Positions 50,411-58,533 of a DNA stretch of 64,000 nucleotides are shown piece by piece. Every line of letters begins with the position of its first letter. Within the stretch, counting starts at the first letter, position 1. The position numbers and the translations under genes are program-made. Under the pieces are notes generated by a model. It did not search any database and was not told where the DNA came from. It saw only the letters and a list, made by a program, of their open reading frames with translations. The stretch is from Gammaproteobacteria bacterium (GTDB lineage: Bacteria; Pseudomonadota; Gammaproteobacteria; Xanthomonadales; Wenzhouxiangellaceae), in assembly GCA_050485825.1 (NCBI GenBank), contig JBJHCC010000010.1, positions 23,895 through 87,894 of the forward strand, written 5' to 3'.

Positions 50411-51267
50411 TGGTCTTCGGCGCATTGATCTGGCTGGCCTCTTACCCGAAGTCGGGCAATACCTGGATGCGGGTCGTCCTCGGCGCGCTCCTGTTCGGTC
50501 GGGCGCGAGCTGGCGCGACCGACATCAACGAGTTGGAAATCATTGATCATGCCGGGAATCGGGGGCTGATTGAAGCCATTTCTGCCTGTCCGTCCTCGGA
50601 GTTGCACGCCGACGAGATCAATCATTTGCGTCCCGCTGGCTTCAGGCTCCTCGCCGAAAATCGGTCGGGGCTCAGCGTTGTCAAGGTTCATGATGCCTAT
50701 CGGACTCGGAGCGGCTTGGCGTCACCGTTCCCGACGGATGTGTCCGCCCAGGTCATCTACATTGTCCGGAATCCACTTGATGTCTCGGTCTCGTTGGCCG
50801 CTCATCTGGGCGTTAGCCTTGATGAGGCCATCGCAATCATGGATGACGACTTTATCCTCGGCCCCGAGGAGTCTGCCTTGGGTCCTCAGCTTCCTCAGCA
50901 TCTTGGAAGTTGGTCGGATCATGTCCGTAGCTGGACGGCCCAGGACGATTTCCCGATACAGGTCGTTCGCTACGAAGATATGATTCGCGATATCAAGGCG
51001 GAGCTGGTGCGCATCGTGAAGATGCTAGGGCTGCCGGCCACTTCGGATGATGTTTTGGCCGCAGCTGCGGCCGGTGACTTCGATCGACTTCAGCTGGCCG
51101 AGAGTCAGGCCGGTTTTCGTGAAAAACCCGCCAGCCTCAAGGGACGTTTCTTTCGCTCAGGTCGGGCAGGGGGCTGGAGAGAGATCTTGTCCAGTGGGCA
51201 AGTCGACCGCTTGACGGAGCGCCATTCTGACATGATGGATCAATTTGGCTATCTTGGTGCTTCTTGA
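50407..51267 (+). CDS. PAPS-dependent sulfotransferase
   Basis: IWLASYPKSGNTW, VKVH, YIVRNPLDVSVS, GSWSDH, RYED, FFRSG..GGW. Confidence 0.92.
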   Translation: MMVFGALIWLASYPKSGNTWMRVVLGALLFGRARAGATDINELEIIDHAGNRGLIEAISACPSSELHADEINHLRPAGFRLLAENRSGLSVVKVHDAYRTRSGLASPFPTDVSAQVIYIVRNPLDVSVSLAAHLGVSLDEAIAIMDDDFILGPEESALGPQLPQHLGSWSDHVRSWTAQDDFPIQVVRYEDMIRDIKAELVRIVKMLGLPATSDDVLAAAAAGDFDRLQLAESQAGFREKPASLKGRFFRSGRAGGWREILSSGQVDRLTERHSDMMDQFGYLGAS

Positions 51268-51314
51268 TTGGCAGAGCAGTCAGACATCCTGACTTTTGAT
51301 TGGGGAATATCGTA

Positions 51315-51596
51315 ATGAGGACGAAAAGAGTGTTGCGGACCGGAAATGTTCTATCCCACTCGATCGACGGGGAAACCGTCATCCTGAATCTAGATAACGA
51401 GAAATATTTCACCCTGGACACGGTCGGCACAAGATTCTGGGAGGTCATACTTGAGCATGGCGATGGCAAGGAGGCTGTCGATATCCTGCTAGAGGAGTAT
51501 GACGTCGACCGGACAACGCTGGTCGCGGACATGCAACGCTGGGTCGAGGAAGTCATCGAGCTTGGACTGCTAGTACCGACCGCTGAGGACGGCTGA
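51315..51596 (+). CDS. Lasso B1 / PqqD-like RiPP recognition element
   Basis: DGETVILNLDNEKYFTLDTVGTRFWE...EEYDVD...LGLL. Confidence 0.92.
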   Translation: MRTKRVLRTGNVLSHSIDGETVILNLDNEKYFTLDTVGTRFWEVILEHGDGKEAVDILLEEYDVDRTTLVADMQRWVEEVIELGLLVPTAEDG

Positions 51597-51693
51597 AGTC
51601 TGGCTTGTCCCGAATCTGTGCTCAGATTCCACCAGGGCGCCGCCCGATCATGCGCTTCTTGCCCGGATCATCTAGCAACCGATTGGTTTTGTC

Positions 51694-52131
51694 GTGAGAC
51701 GCCTGCGCTGGGCGCTGTATCTGAGCTTGGCATGGGTCGGCCTGCGACTGATTCGCTCGATGCTGAGGATTTTGGGCTATCGAAGGACCGTTCGGCTGCT
51801 GGCATGGCTCTCGCCAACTCCGAAACGATCGGGTTACACGAGGAGCATGCGGGTTGCTGCAAGTGCGATCGAGCGCGTGGATGGCTGGTGGCCAAGGCAG
51901 CCCCGCGGATGTCTGCGACGCTCCCTACTGTTCTGGTGGCTGTTTCGATGGTTGGGATACAGCAGCGAGATTCGAACGGGGGTGCGACGGGATGGCGCTG
52001 AAATCGAGCTCCACGCCTGGGTTGAGAGTCGCGGCTTGATCCTGAATGACCGGGCTGGAAAGGTCAGCCAGTACACAGTCCTTTGGGAGGATATTTCTTC
52101 GGCAGTCGTGGAGTCTGGGGGTAGACGGTGA
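51694..52131 (+). CDS. Lasso B2 leader peptidase (transglutaminase-like)
   Basis: GCLRRSL (catalytic Cys), GVRR, LHAWVE (catalytic His). Confidence 0.92.
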   Translation: MRRLRWALYLSLAWVGLRLIRSMLRILGYRRTVRLLAWLSPTPKRSGYTRSMRVAASAIERVDGWWPRQPRGCLRRSLLFWWLFRWLGYSSEIRTGVRRDGAEIELHAWVESRGLILNDRAGKVSQYTVLWEDISSAVVESGGRR

Positions 52132-53981
52132 GCGCCTTTGTGGCGGTTGTTCATTTTGATGACGCACCTGTTGACTCCAAGCTTGTTCAGGGGCTGGCAA
52201 ATATAGTAGCGTACCGAGGACCCGACGCCAGCGCGGTCTATTGCTCTGGTGCATTGGGTTTGGCGCATCACCTGATGCGCGTGACGCGATCCTGTGCGGA
52301 GGATGCACAACCGCTGGTATCCACTGCTGGTCAGTTTGCGCTTGTCTGCGATGCGCGGTTTGATCAGCGGCGCCTTTTGATCAATGCGCTGCGGGGTCAC
52401 GGGGTTGTTGTTTCGGAAAGATCTCCCAACTCGAGACTGCTGCTTGAAGCCTTGCAGCTTTGGGGGGAAGCGGCTCTTGACAGGATCAAGGGTGACTATT
52501 CCTTTGTGTTTTTTGATCAAGCTCGGCGGCGTGTCATTGCCGCCGTCGATCCTTTTGGACTGCGCACACTTTTCTACGGAACTTTTGAGAATGGACTGGT
52601 GATCAGTAATGATCCATTGCCAGTCCTGGCTCATCCAGCGCTTGATGTTGCTTTGGATCGAACAGCTTTGGCAGACTTTCTGATGACCGGTCGAGTGGGG
52701 GGAATTGACCCTGCGGCTACGCCCTTTCGATTGGTCCGGCAGCTGGTAGGGGGGCATCGAATCAGGCTCGACGTGGACTCAGGCAAGACCGACATTCGTC
52801 GGCACTGGCAGTTTCCGATACAAAGCAAGGCGCTCTATTACAGTTCCCTTGAGGACTACGGCGAGCACTTCCGCTGTGTTTTGAAGGAGGCTGTCAGCGA
52901 CCGCATTGACGCGCCGTCGGTAGTGGCCCCGATGAGCGGTGGGATGGACTCGACCACCGTGGTCGTCACGGCAGCCGAGCTCATAGCCGGTGGTTCTGGG
53001 CCGGATCTCTTCACCGCGGTAACGGCGGTGCAGCATGATCAAGACCCTGAGGGCCTGCTGGCCGCTGAGGTTTGTAGAGCGGCAGGTGTTCCCCATCATA
53101 AAATTGTCGCCAGCCCTGGTAGACCCTTGGCTGCTTGGCGGTGCATGCCGTTTCCGGCGACTGATTTTTTTGACCTATACGAGAACAACCAAAGAGTTTC
53201 GTCCCAGTTTGGTCGCCTGAGCATTAATGCCAGCAGCGCAGATTATGCGCTGTGCCCAGAGCCTTTCAGCATCTTGGGTCAGCTGCGCGCCTCAGGTCTG
53301 AGGGATACCTGGCGTGCTCTAAGGATCATGAAGTCCCAGTACCGGTTTCGTCCTCGGTTTGGGTCCGGGCTTTATTCCTGGTTAAGGCGAACACCGATCG
53401 TCAACCCATACACTCGGCCGCCGTATCCTTACCCGGACTGGTTGTCATCGGATCTTGAGCGGGATTTGGAGCTTCGGGAGCGCTGGGCTGCGCACTGGTC
53501 ACGCTGGCCTTCACCCCAGCACCCATTGCGGCCCACTGCCCATCGAATGATTACTGCAAAGGGGCGCCTCAGCATGCATTCGGTCGGTTGGCCCCTGGAT
53601 TTTGCCTTGCCGGCTCCAGCTGACCCGTTTCTGGACCAGCGCATGATCGAGTTTCTTTGGTCGCTCCCCCCTCTTCCCTGGTTCTATGACAAGCACTTGA
53701 CCCGGACTGCGATGCGAGGCTGGCTACCTGATTCGGTCGTTGATCGTCCGAAGACTCCAGCCCGTCGGTGGCTGCCATCCGCAACCCGTGACGGCGTAGA
53801 TTTTTCCTGGGACCCCGGTGGCTTGATCCTTGAGCTAGTCGACCGATCTCGGCTCAGGGAGCTTAACGACGACGGTGCCTCGGCGGCAGACTTCCACCCC
53901 ATGTTTCTGAATCGGTGGCTGACCTCCTTTGAGGCAGTTTTTGAGCAAATGACGGGGAAAAAGTGCCAACTCACTGTTTAA
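52128..53981 (+). CDS. Lasso cyclase C (asparagine synthase-like)
   Basis: MSGGMDST PP-loop, PFLDQRMIEF, K..RTAM..WLP..V..RPK; no N-terminal catalytic Cys; coupled to B2. Confidence 0.9.
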   Translation: MSAFVAVVHFDDAPVDSKLVQGLANIVAYRGPDASAVYCSGALGLAHHLMRVTRSCAEDAQPLVSTAGQFALVCDARFDQRRLLINALRGHGVVVSERSPNSRLLLEALQLWGEAALDRIKGDYSFVFFDQARRRVIAAVDPFGLRTLFYGTFENGLVISNDPLPVLAHPALDVALDRTALADFLMTGRVGGIDPAATPFRLVRQLVGGHRIRLDVDSGKTDIRRHWQFPIQSKALYYSSLEDYGEHFRCVLKEAVSDRIDAPSVVAPMSGGMDSTTVVVTAAELIAGGSGPDLFTAVTAVQHDQDPEGLLAAEVCRAAGVPHHKIVASPGRPLAAWRCMPFPATDFFDLYENNQRVSSQFGRLSINASSADYALCPEPFSILGQLRASGLRDTWRALRIMKSQYRFRPRFGSGLYSWLRRTPIVNPYTRPPYPYPDWLSSDLERDLELRERWAAHWSRWPSPQHPLRPTAHRMITAKGRLSMHSVGWPLDFALPAPADPFLDQRMIEFLWSLPPLPWFYDKHLTRTAMRGWLPDSVVDRPKTPARRWLPSATRDGVDFSWDPGGLILELVDRSRLRELNDDGASAADFHPMFLNRWLTSFEAVFEQMTGKKCQLTV

Positions 53982-54043
53982 GAAGAAAAAGTTCTTTTGC
54001 GAGTGGCCCTTGGCCTTTCAGTTGGAAGGATGGCTTGAAAAGC

Positions 54044-54072
54044 TTGACATCGGTCACGGATCTGAATAATCT
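54044..54072 (+). promoter_or_regulatory. sigma70 promoter of the precursor gene
   Basis: TTGACA-17 bp-TAATCT; SD AAGGGA at 54095-54100. Confidence 0.65.
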
Positions 54073-54108
54073 ACCTACGCTTGGCCGACTTTCAAAGGGA
54101 CCGATATC

Positions 54109-54270
54109 ATGAAAAAAGAGTACTCTACTCCGAAAATTGCCGCGCTGGGTCAGCACGCTGACTTGGTGGCGGCTGGTGGTGCGTCGTCTGATGTCGACGG
54201 CGTATTTTACCGAGATGGTGAGAAGTTTGCCTCGTTTGGCACCGATCCGAAGACGCCGCCGGTCAGCTGA
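54109..54270 (+). CDS. Lasso precursor peptide, 53 aa (below ORF-track cutoff)
   Basis: MKKEYSTPKIAALGQHADLVA-AGGASSDVDGVFYRDGEKFASFGTDPKTPPVS; leader YxxPxI-x3-G motif, Asp at core positions 7 and 9, C-terminal Ser. Confidence 0.88.
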   Translation: MKKEYSTPKIAALGQHADLVAAGGASSDVDGVFYRDGEKFASFGTDPKTPPVS

Positions 54271-54289
54271 TCGAGCCTTACGGTGGAAG

Positions 54290-54317
54290 AAAGCCGTCGT
54301 ATCGACGGCTTTTTTTT
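54290..54317 (+). terminator. Intrinsic terminator, possibly bidirectional
   Basis: AAAGCCGTCG-TAT-CGACGGCTTT followed by a T run, between convergent genes. Confidence 0.88.
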
Positions 54318-54364
54318 GCCCGGGCTTTGGGAAAACAATCGATATGAATTAGCTCTAAGTCTTA

Positions 54365-55324
54365 TCAAGCGATAGGGGATAGGCGCTTTCGGAATGATGA
54401 TTGATCAAATTGGCAAATCACCGACCCGTGCTTATCGCTCACTTCGCCTTTCCATTGCCATAGATAGGTCTGGTTAGTCCAGTGCGCATGAATTTGCGCC
54501 TCAATTTGGAAGCCTGGTCGAACCTCAATTGCGTGGGGCAGTGGCATAAATGCCTGTCCGTAGATCAGTTCCGGTTCAGCCGGATGGTTTGAAAACCCGA
54601 CCCCTGGAGCAAGCTCCGCATCAAACCATGTGGCAAGCCCATGAAGCAGGCCCGAACGCTTGATCTCCCAAGACATCAGGCCATGGGCGCTGGGTTCTGT
54701 GACGTTGTGGTAGTCGATAGTTAGCCAGTGCTGCGCTTCGCTTAGCATTTGCTCCGGCCGCAGTCTAACCTTGCTCCATCGATTGATCTCGAAATCGGCG
54801 CCCGCGGCTAAGTCCAGTCCGAACGGGTTGATTCGCCAGGGCTCTGTAACTCTGCGATACTCCTCAGGGTGCTCGACTGGAGCCGAGTATAGGTTGTCGC
54901 GGCGGCCAATCAGAATGCCGTCGGGTGCAAGCAGCCGTTCTCTGGCGTCGATGATGCTGGGAATATGTTGCGAGTAGAGTGGAAGAACGCTACGCAAATC
55001 AGAGATGATGACGTTGGCCGAGGTGTCAAGTTCAAGATTACTGGAGACGCCTTCGATGCAGCTCACTCGATCCTGCATGTCGTTTTGCTGAACAAGTCTT
55101 TTCGCCAGTCTGATCGACGGGTTGCATTCAACCGCTATGACCTGTCGGGCCCCCATACGTGCTGCCAGCATGGCAAAAACGCCCGGGCCGGCACCAATTT
55201 CCAGCACTAGATCGCCTGGCTTTATCAGCTTCTGCATGGCAGCCAGGTAGGCCTCCACGCGGGGCTGGTTCAGCACCATGTGACCGAAATGAGTCAGCGT
55301 GTAGCCCGGATCGTGCATATCCAT
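54365..55324 (-). CDS. PRMT-like SAM methyltransferase
   Basis: HMVLNQPRVEAY, VLEIGAGPG, AVECN, then a beta-barrel half (HGLATWFDAEL). Start ATG 55324 after a TAAGG SD. Confidence 0.78.
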   Translation of the reverse strand: MDMHDPGYTLTHFGHMVLNQPRVEAYLAAMQKLIKPGDLVLEIGAGPGVFAMLAARMGARQVIAVECNPSIRLAKRLVQQNDMQDRVSCIEGVSSNLELDTSANVIISDLRSVLPLYSQHIPSIIDARERLLAPDGILIGRRDNLYSAPVEHPEEYRRVTEPWRINPFGLDLAAGADFEINRWSKVRLRPEQMLSEAQHWLTIDYHNVTEPSAHGLMSWEIKRSGLLHGLATWFDAELAPGVGFSNHPAEPELIYGQAFMPLPHAIEVRPGFQIEAQIHAHWTNQTYLWQWKGEVSDKHGSVICQFDQSSFRKRLSPIA

Positions 55325-55326
55325 CC

Positions 55327-56355
55327 TTAAACGTTGGGCTGGAGCGAAAGCGCCTGGCAGAGTTCGCGCGCGCTGGAATCCAGCGTAGATAGCTCCCATG
55401 GCCTGCGGTATTCATAGACCTCTATTTGGCGGGCGATCCGGCCACCAAAGTCGTGAAGTCGAGTTTGGTCGAAATACAACTGGCACAAGGCAGGTCGGTA
55501 GATCGAGTGCATGAATGCCCGGTAGGCGCCTATGCCCCGAATGCGTCGGATTGTTGCCGGCTGATCAGGCTCGCCTCGTGTCAGGATGACGAGCTTCGTC
55601 AATGGCGCAGGTTGATTATGAGAGCCAGACTTCTGCCGTATGTGGAACTTGTCTTCACGGGCCAGATCGCGGCTGAGTCCAGATTTGCTCAGCCCTAGGG
55701 CGTCGAGCGCGCTGGTCCATAGCTTAAGTCGGGGCGGTCCAGGATGCAGCAAGGGATCCGGATCCTCAGGCCTCAGTACGGCAAGATCGTCGCTGACCAG
55801 TGAAAATCCCAGCCGATAATGAAGATAGGCTATAAGCGTTGATTTCCCGGCGCCGGATGGGCCCGTGAACGCCACAGCGCCGTCACCGGTCCTGATGGCA
55901 CTGACGTGTATCGGCAACTGTTGCCGTTGGTGAAGAAGCGCCCCGAGCACCGTGCCGAGCAAATAGGTTCTGACGTCACCTTCCGCCGCTCGTGTCTCCG
56001 CAGTGGTCTGGTCGCGCCGATCCACCGTAATTGTTCTGCCGTCTTCTACAAGGTACCGGGCCACATTGGGGCTTCCAACAATGCATTGTCGAGCGTTAAA
56101 CAGAAGCCACGGCGCGCCCGCGCGACCATTTGGCAGCGTGGTAGGCACCTCGCCAAGGATAATCTCTACGACGTCCTCTTCTTCCGGCTCCGGATGTGAC
56201 GGGCTCAGTTCAGGGATTTCGAGCTGCGATCGTATCGTAAGTCCGCATGTCCGATACACGTGCCACACGGGCTGTCGACTGCGCTTGCCGCGCCTCTCAA
56301 TGGGGCGCGACTCGCGTCCTTCGCTATTGGTCCCGGACGCGGCTATGCTGTTCAT
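55327..56355 (-). CDS. HPr-kinase-related (PadeK-like) kinase, intact motifs
   Basis: IHVSAI, FTGPSGAGKSTL, LVSDD, PRLKLW. Confidence 0.87.
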   Translation of the reverse strand: MNSIAASGTNSEGRESRPIERRGKRSRQPVWHVYRTCGLTIRSQLEIPELSPSHPEPEEEDVVEIILGEVPTTLPNGRAGAPWLLFNARQCIVGSPNVARYLVEDGRTITVDRRDQTTAETRAAEGDVRTYLLGTVLGALLHQRQQLPIHVSAIRTGDGAVAFTGPSGAGKSTLIAYLHYRLGFSLVSDDLAVLRPEDPDPLLHPGPPRLKLWTSALDALGLSKSGLSRDLAREDKFHIRQKSGSHNQPAPLTKLVILTRGEPDQPATIRRIRGIGAYRAFMHSIYRPALCQLYFDQTRLHDFGGRIARQIEVYEYRRPWELSTLDSSARELCQALSLQPNV

Positions 56356-56545
56356 GGTGGGCTCACTCGGGACCGCTCGCTCTCTGGAGATTCTCCGGAT
56401 TCAATAATTTTAAACTCATATCTTCGAAGATAGTGAATCACAGGAGTTTGTACTCGAAAACTCGCTGCTGCGGCTGGGGGACGGCTATTCGGCCTCGGTT
56501 GGACAGGGGTAATTGGTCAGCCCTGTGTTACGCTGATGCCAACTG

Positions 56546-57811
56546 GTGGCTAGGCGAATTCTTTCCGTAATGTCCGGCTTACAATCCTCGACCACCCTCG
56601 GCGTCTCTGCCGATTCGATATTGCAGCGTGCATTCGAGTTGACGCTGTCCATACAGGGCGAGAAAGTGGTCCTCCTGGCCGGCGGCCGGTTTGCCAGCGT
56701 GAGCGCGCATACGCTGGCCATTCTTGATGCATTCGCGACTCCCAAAACCCTGGCGGCCGGCCTCCAGCAGCTTTCTTGCCGATCAAGAGGCTTGCGGGAC
56801 TGGATTCGGCTTAACAACCAGGTTTTAGCGCTAGTTCAGGCCGGGATCCTCGTTGAACCGGATAGCCGCGATGTGCTTTTCCCGTCTCATTCCGGCAGTT
56901 TTTCGAGCCCGGATATTCACATCCGGATGCTCAATGATCAGGTCCGCACCTTGGCATATCAGCAGGCGCTTCGGGAAGTTGTGCGGCCCGGTGACGTGGT
57001 AGTGGATGTCGGGACTGGCACCGGGGTGCTTGCGGCATCCGCTGCGCTTGCGGGGGCTCGGCAGGTCTACGCAGTGGAGCGGACCGGGAATATGCCCAAG
57101 CTCGCTCGGGAGTTTTTCCGGGCGAACGGTCTGGATGGCAGAATTACGTTGATAGAAGGTGACTCTACCGGTGTTCAGTTGCCGGAGCCGGCCGATGTGA
57201 TGGTCAGCGAGATTATCGGAAACGACCCGCTGGCCGAGGGGATAGTTTCAACTACTGCAGATGCGCGCCGAAGGTTGCTGGCAAGCAAGGCCCGGATCAT
57301 CCCCTCTGTGTTGCGGCTTTATGCGCTGCCGTTGACTGCCCCGGACGCGCTCTACCAACAGGCGGTCTTTACGGTCGACCAGGCCGAGAATTGGCGGAAC
57401 CGCTATGGGCTTGATTTTTCAGGATTCGTCGCTGATTGCTCCGCCAGGACCTTCACGACGACAGTCAACACTGCGCGGGTCAAGGCGTGGCCGCGGCTGG
57501 CAGCGCCCATTCTCTTGGAGTCGATTGATTTGGCCGAAGCAACGGTTGAGGCGATCGAAGTGACGCGCGAGTTTGCCGTCGAAGCTTCAGGTCAAATCAA
57601 CTGTATTGTCTTGTACTTCGAGGCTCAGCTCTCGCCTGCGGTTTGTTTGTCCGTTCATCCGGATCACGCCGATGCGGCGAACAGCTGGGCCAGTTGGGCT
57701 TGGTTGCCCGGCCAACCCTTGGCGGTCCGAGCCGGGCAGCGCATGCGGTTGAACTATCGCTTCGACGTGCGCAATAAGTCCTCCATGCTCCTCAGCGAGT
57801 TCCTGCCCTGA
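56546..57811 (+). CDS. PRMT-like methyltransferase with N-terminal RRE/wHTH-like domain
   Basis: HIRMLNDQVRTLAY, VVDVGTGTG, double-E loop VSEIIGNDPLAEG; N-terminal three-strand/three-helix pattern ending LVQAGILVE. Confidence 0.8.
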   Translation: MARRILSVMSGLQSSTTLGVSADSILQRAFELTLSIQGEKVVLLAGGRFASVSAHTLAILDAFATPKTLAAGLQQLSCRSRGLRDWIRLNNQVLALVQAGILVEPDSRDVLFPSHSGSFSSPDIHIRMLNDQVRTLAYQQALREVVRPGDVVVDVGTGTGVLAASAALAGARQVYAVERTGNMPKLAREFFRANGLDGRITLIEGDSTGVQLPEPADVMVSEIIGNDPLAEGIVSTTADARRRLLASKARIIPSVLRLYALPLTAPDALYQQAVFTVDQAENWRNRYGLDFSGFVADCSARTFTTTVNTARVKAWPRLAAPILLESIDLAEATVEAIEVTREFAVEASGQINCIVLYFEAQLSPAVCLSVHPDHADAANSWASWAWLPGQPLAVRAGQRMRLNYRFDVRNKSSMLLSEFLP

Positions 57812-57891
57812 TTGCTGAGCCTTGAATAGCCGTGCTTATTTGGGTGCAGCGGAGTGGGGCGCATGGCATGGGCCATGACCTTTACATCCTT

Positions 57892-58157
57892 TACTAGTAC
57901 CTGCACAAGTATTGCCACATTCAGCTTGTCTCTCGGCGTTGGTGGCAAGGCGTCGGCGCGCCGATGTAGCCACCCTACATCAAGCGCCGAGAACGAAGTC
58001 CACGGACGCCGAGAGGCAAGCCCGAAGGGGGCTCCTGACGAATCCGCCCGCGGCGTTAAAGTGGCTCGACGTAGACTGACTATGCCTTCACCACTTTGCC
58101 TTGCAGGCGAATCCGTCAGGAGCCCTGAATGAGGCAATGCTTATGCAGGTACTAGTA
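57892..58157. mobile_element. 266-bp MITE-like element with 33-bp terminal inverted repeats
   Basis: 57892-57924 versus 58125-58157 are complementary at 30/33 positions; CTAG near both ends; nested internal hairpins; no credible ORF. Confidence 0.75.
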
Positions 58158-58533
58158 TGTCCTGACCAGGAGACGTGCATCTCATCGAGCCAGTCTTGCC
58201 CGTGGCTGAAGTGACAGCGTCGGGCGGGAACCTTGAAGATGGGTGGCAGTCGGCTCGGTGATTGCGAGAGAACCGGGCTTGGCAAGAACGTTCATGGAGT
58301 AGATGTTTCGGCAAGCTGCATTGAGATCACGCCGGGTGGGGAGTACCATCCATCTCAAGGAAGGCCGGTTGTGGGCTGAGTTATCAGTTTCTCGCTGGTG
58401 CGGACTGGTTTTTATTTACAGTCACTGTTAAGATGTGGCTAGAAAGTGCTGACTTGTAAGGTTTTTGTCGTGATCTTGCAGTTGGGGATGGGTGGTTTAT
58501 CAATTTGAATGACCCGAGATGTAGGAGAGGGGT

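Noticed and set aside
51315-51596. pqqD of PQQ biosynthesis
   Set aside because: No pqqA/B/C/E; the adjacent gene is a lasso B2 protease.
52128-53981. Ordinary asparagine synthetase or glycan amidotransferase
   Set aside because: No N-terminal catalytic Cys, and coupled to B1/B2 genes and a precursor, which fits a lasso cyclase.
58021-58125. c-di-GMP riboswitch or 6S RNA (GGCAAA and a long hairpin on the minus strand)
   Set aside because: Lacks the GAAA tetraloop/receptor layout and the 6S central bubble; better explained as part of the TIR-bounded element.
57854-58285. Short ORFs 57854-58132 (+) and 58088-58285 (-) as second precursors
   Set aside because: No YxxP leader motif or ring acceptor; both overlap the inverted-repeat element.
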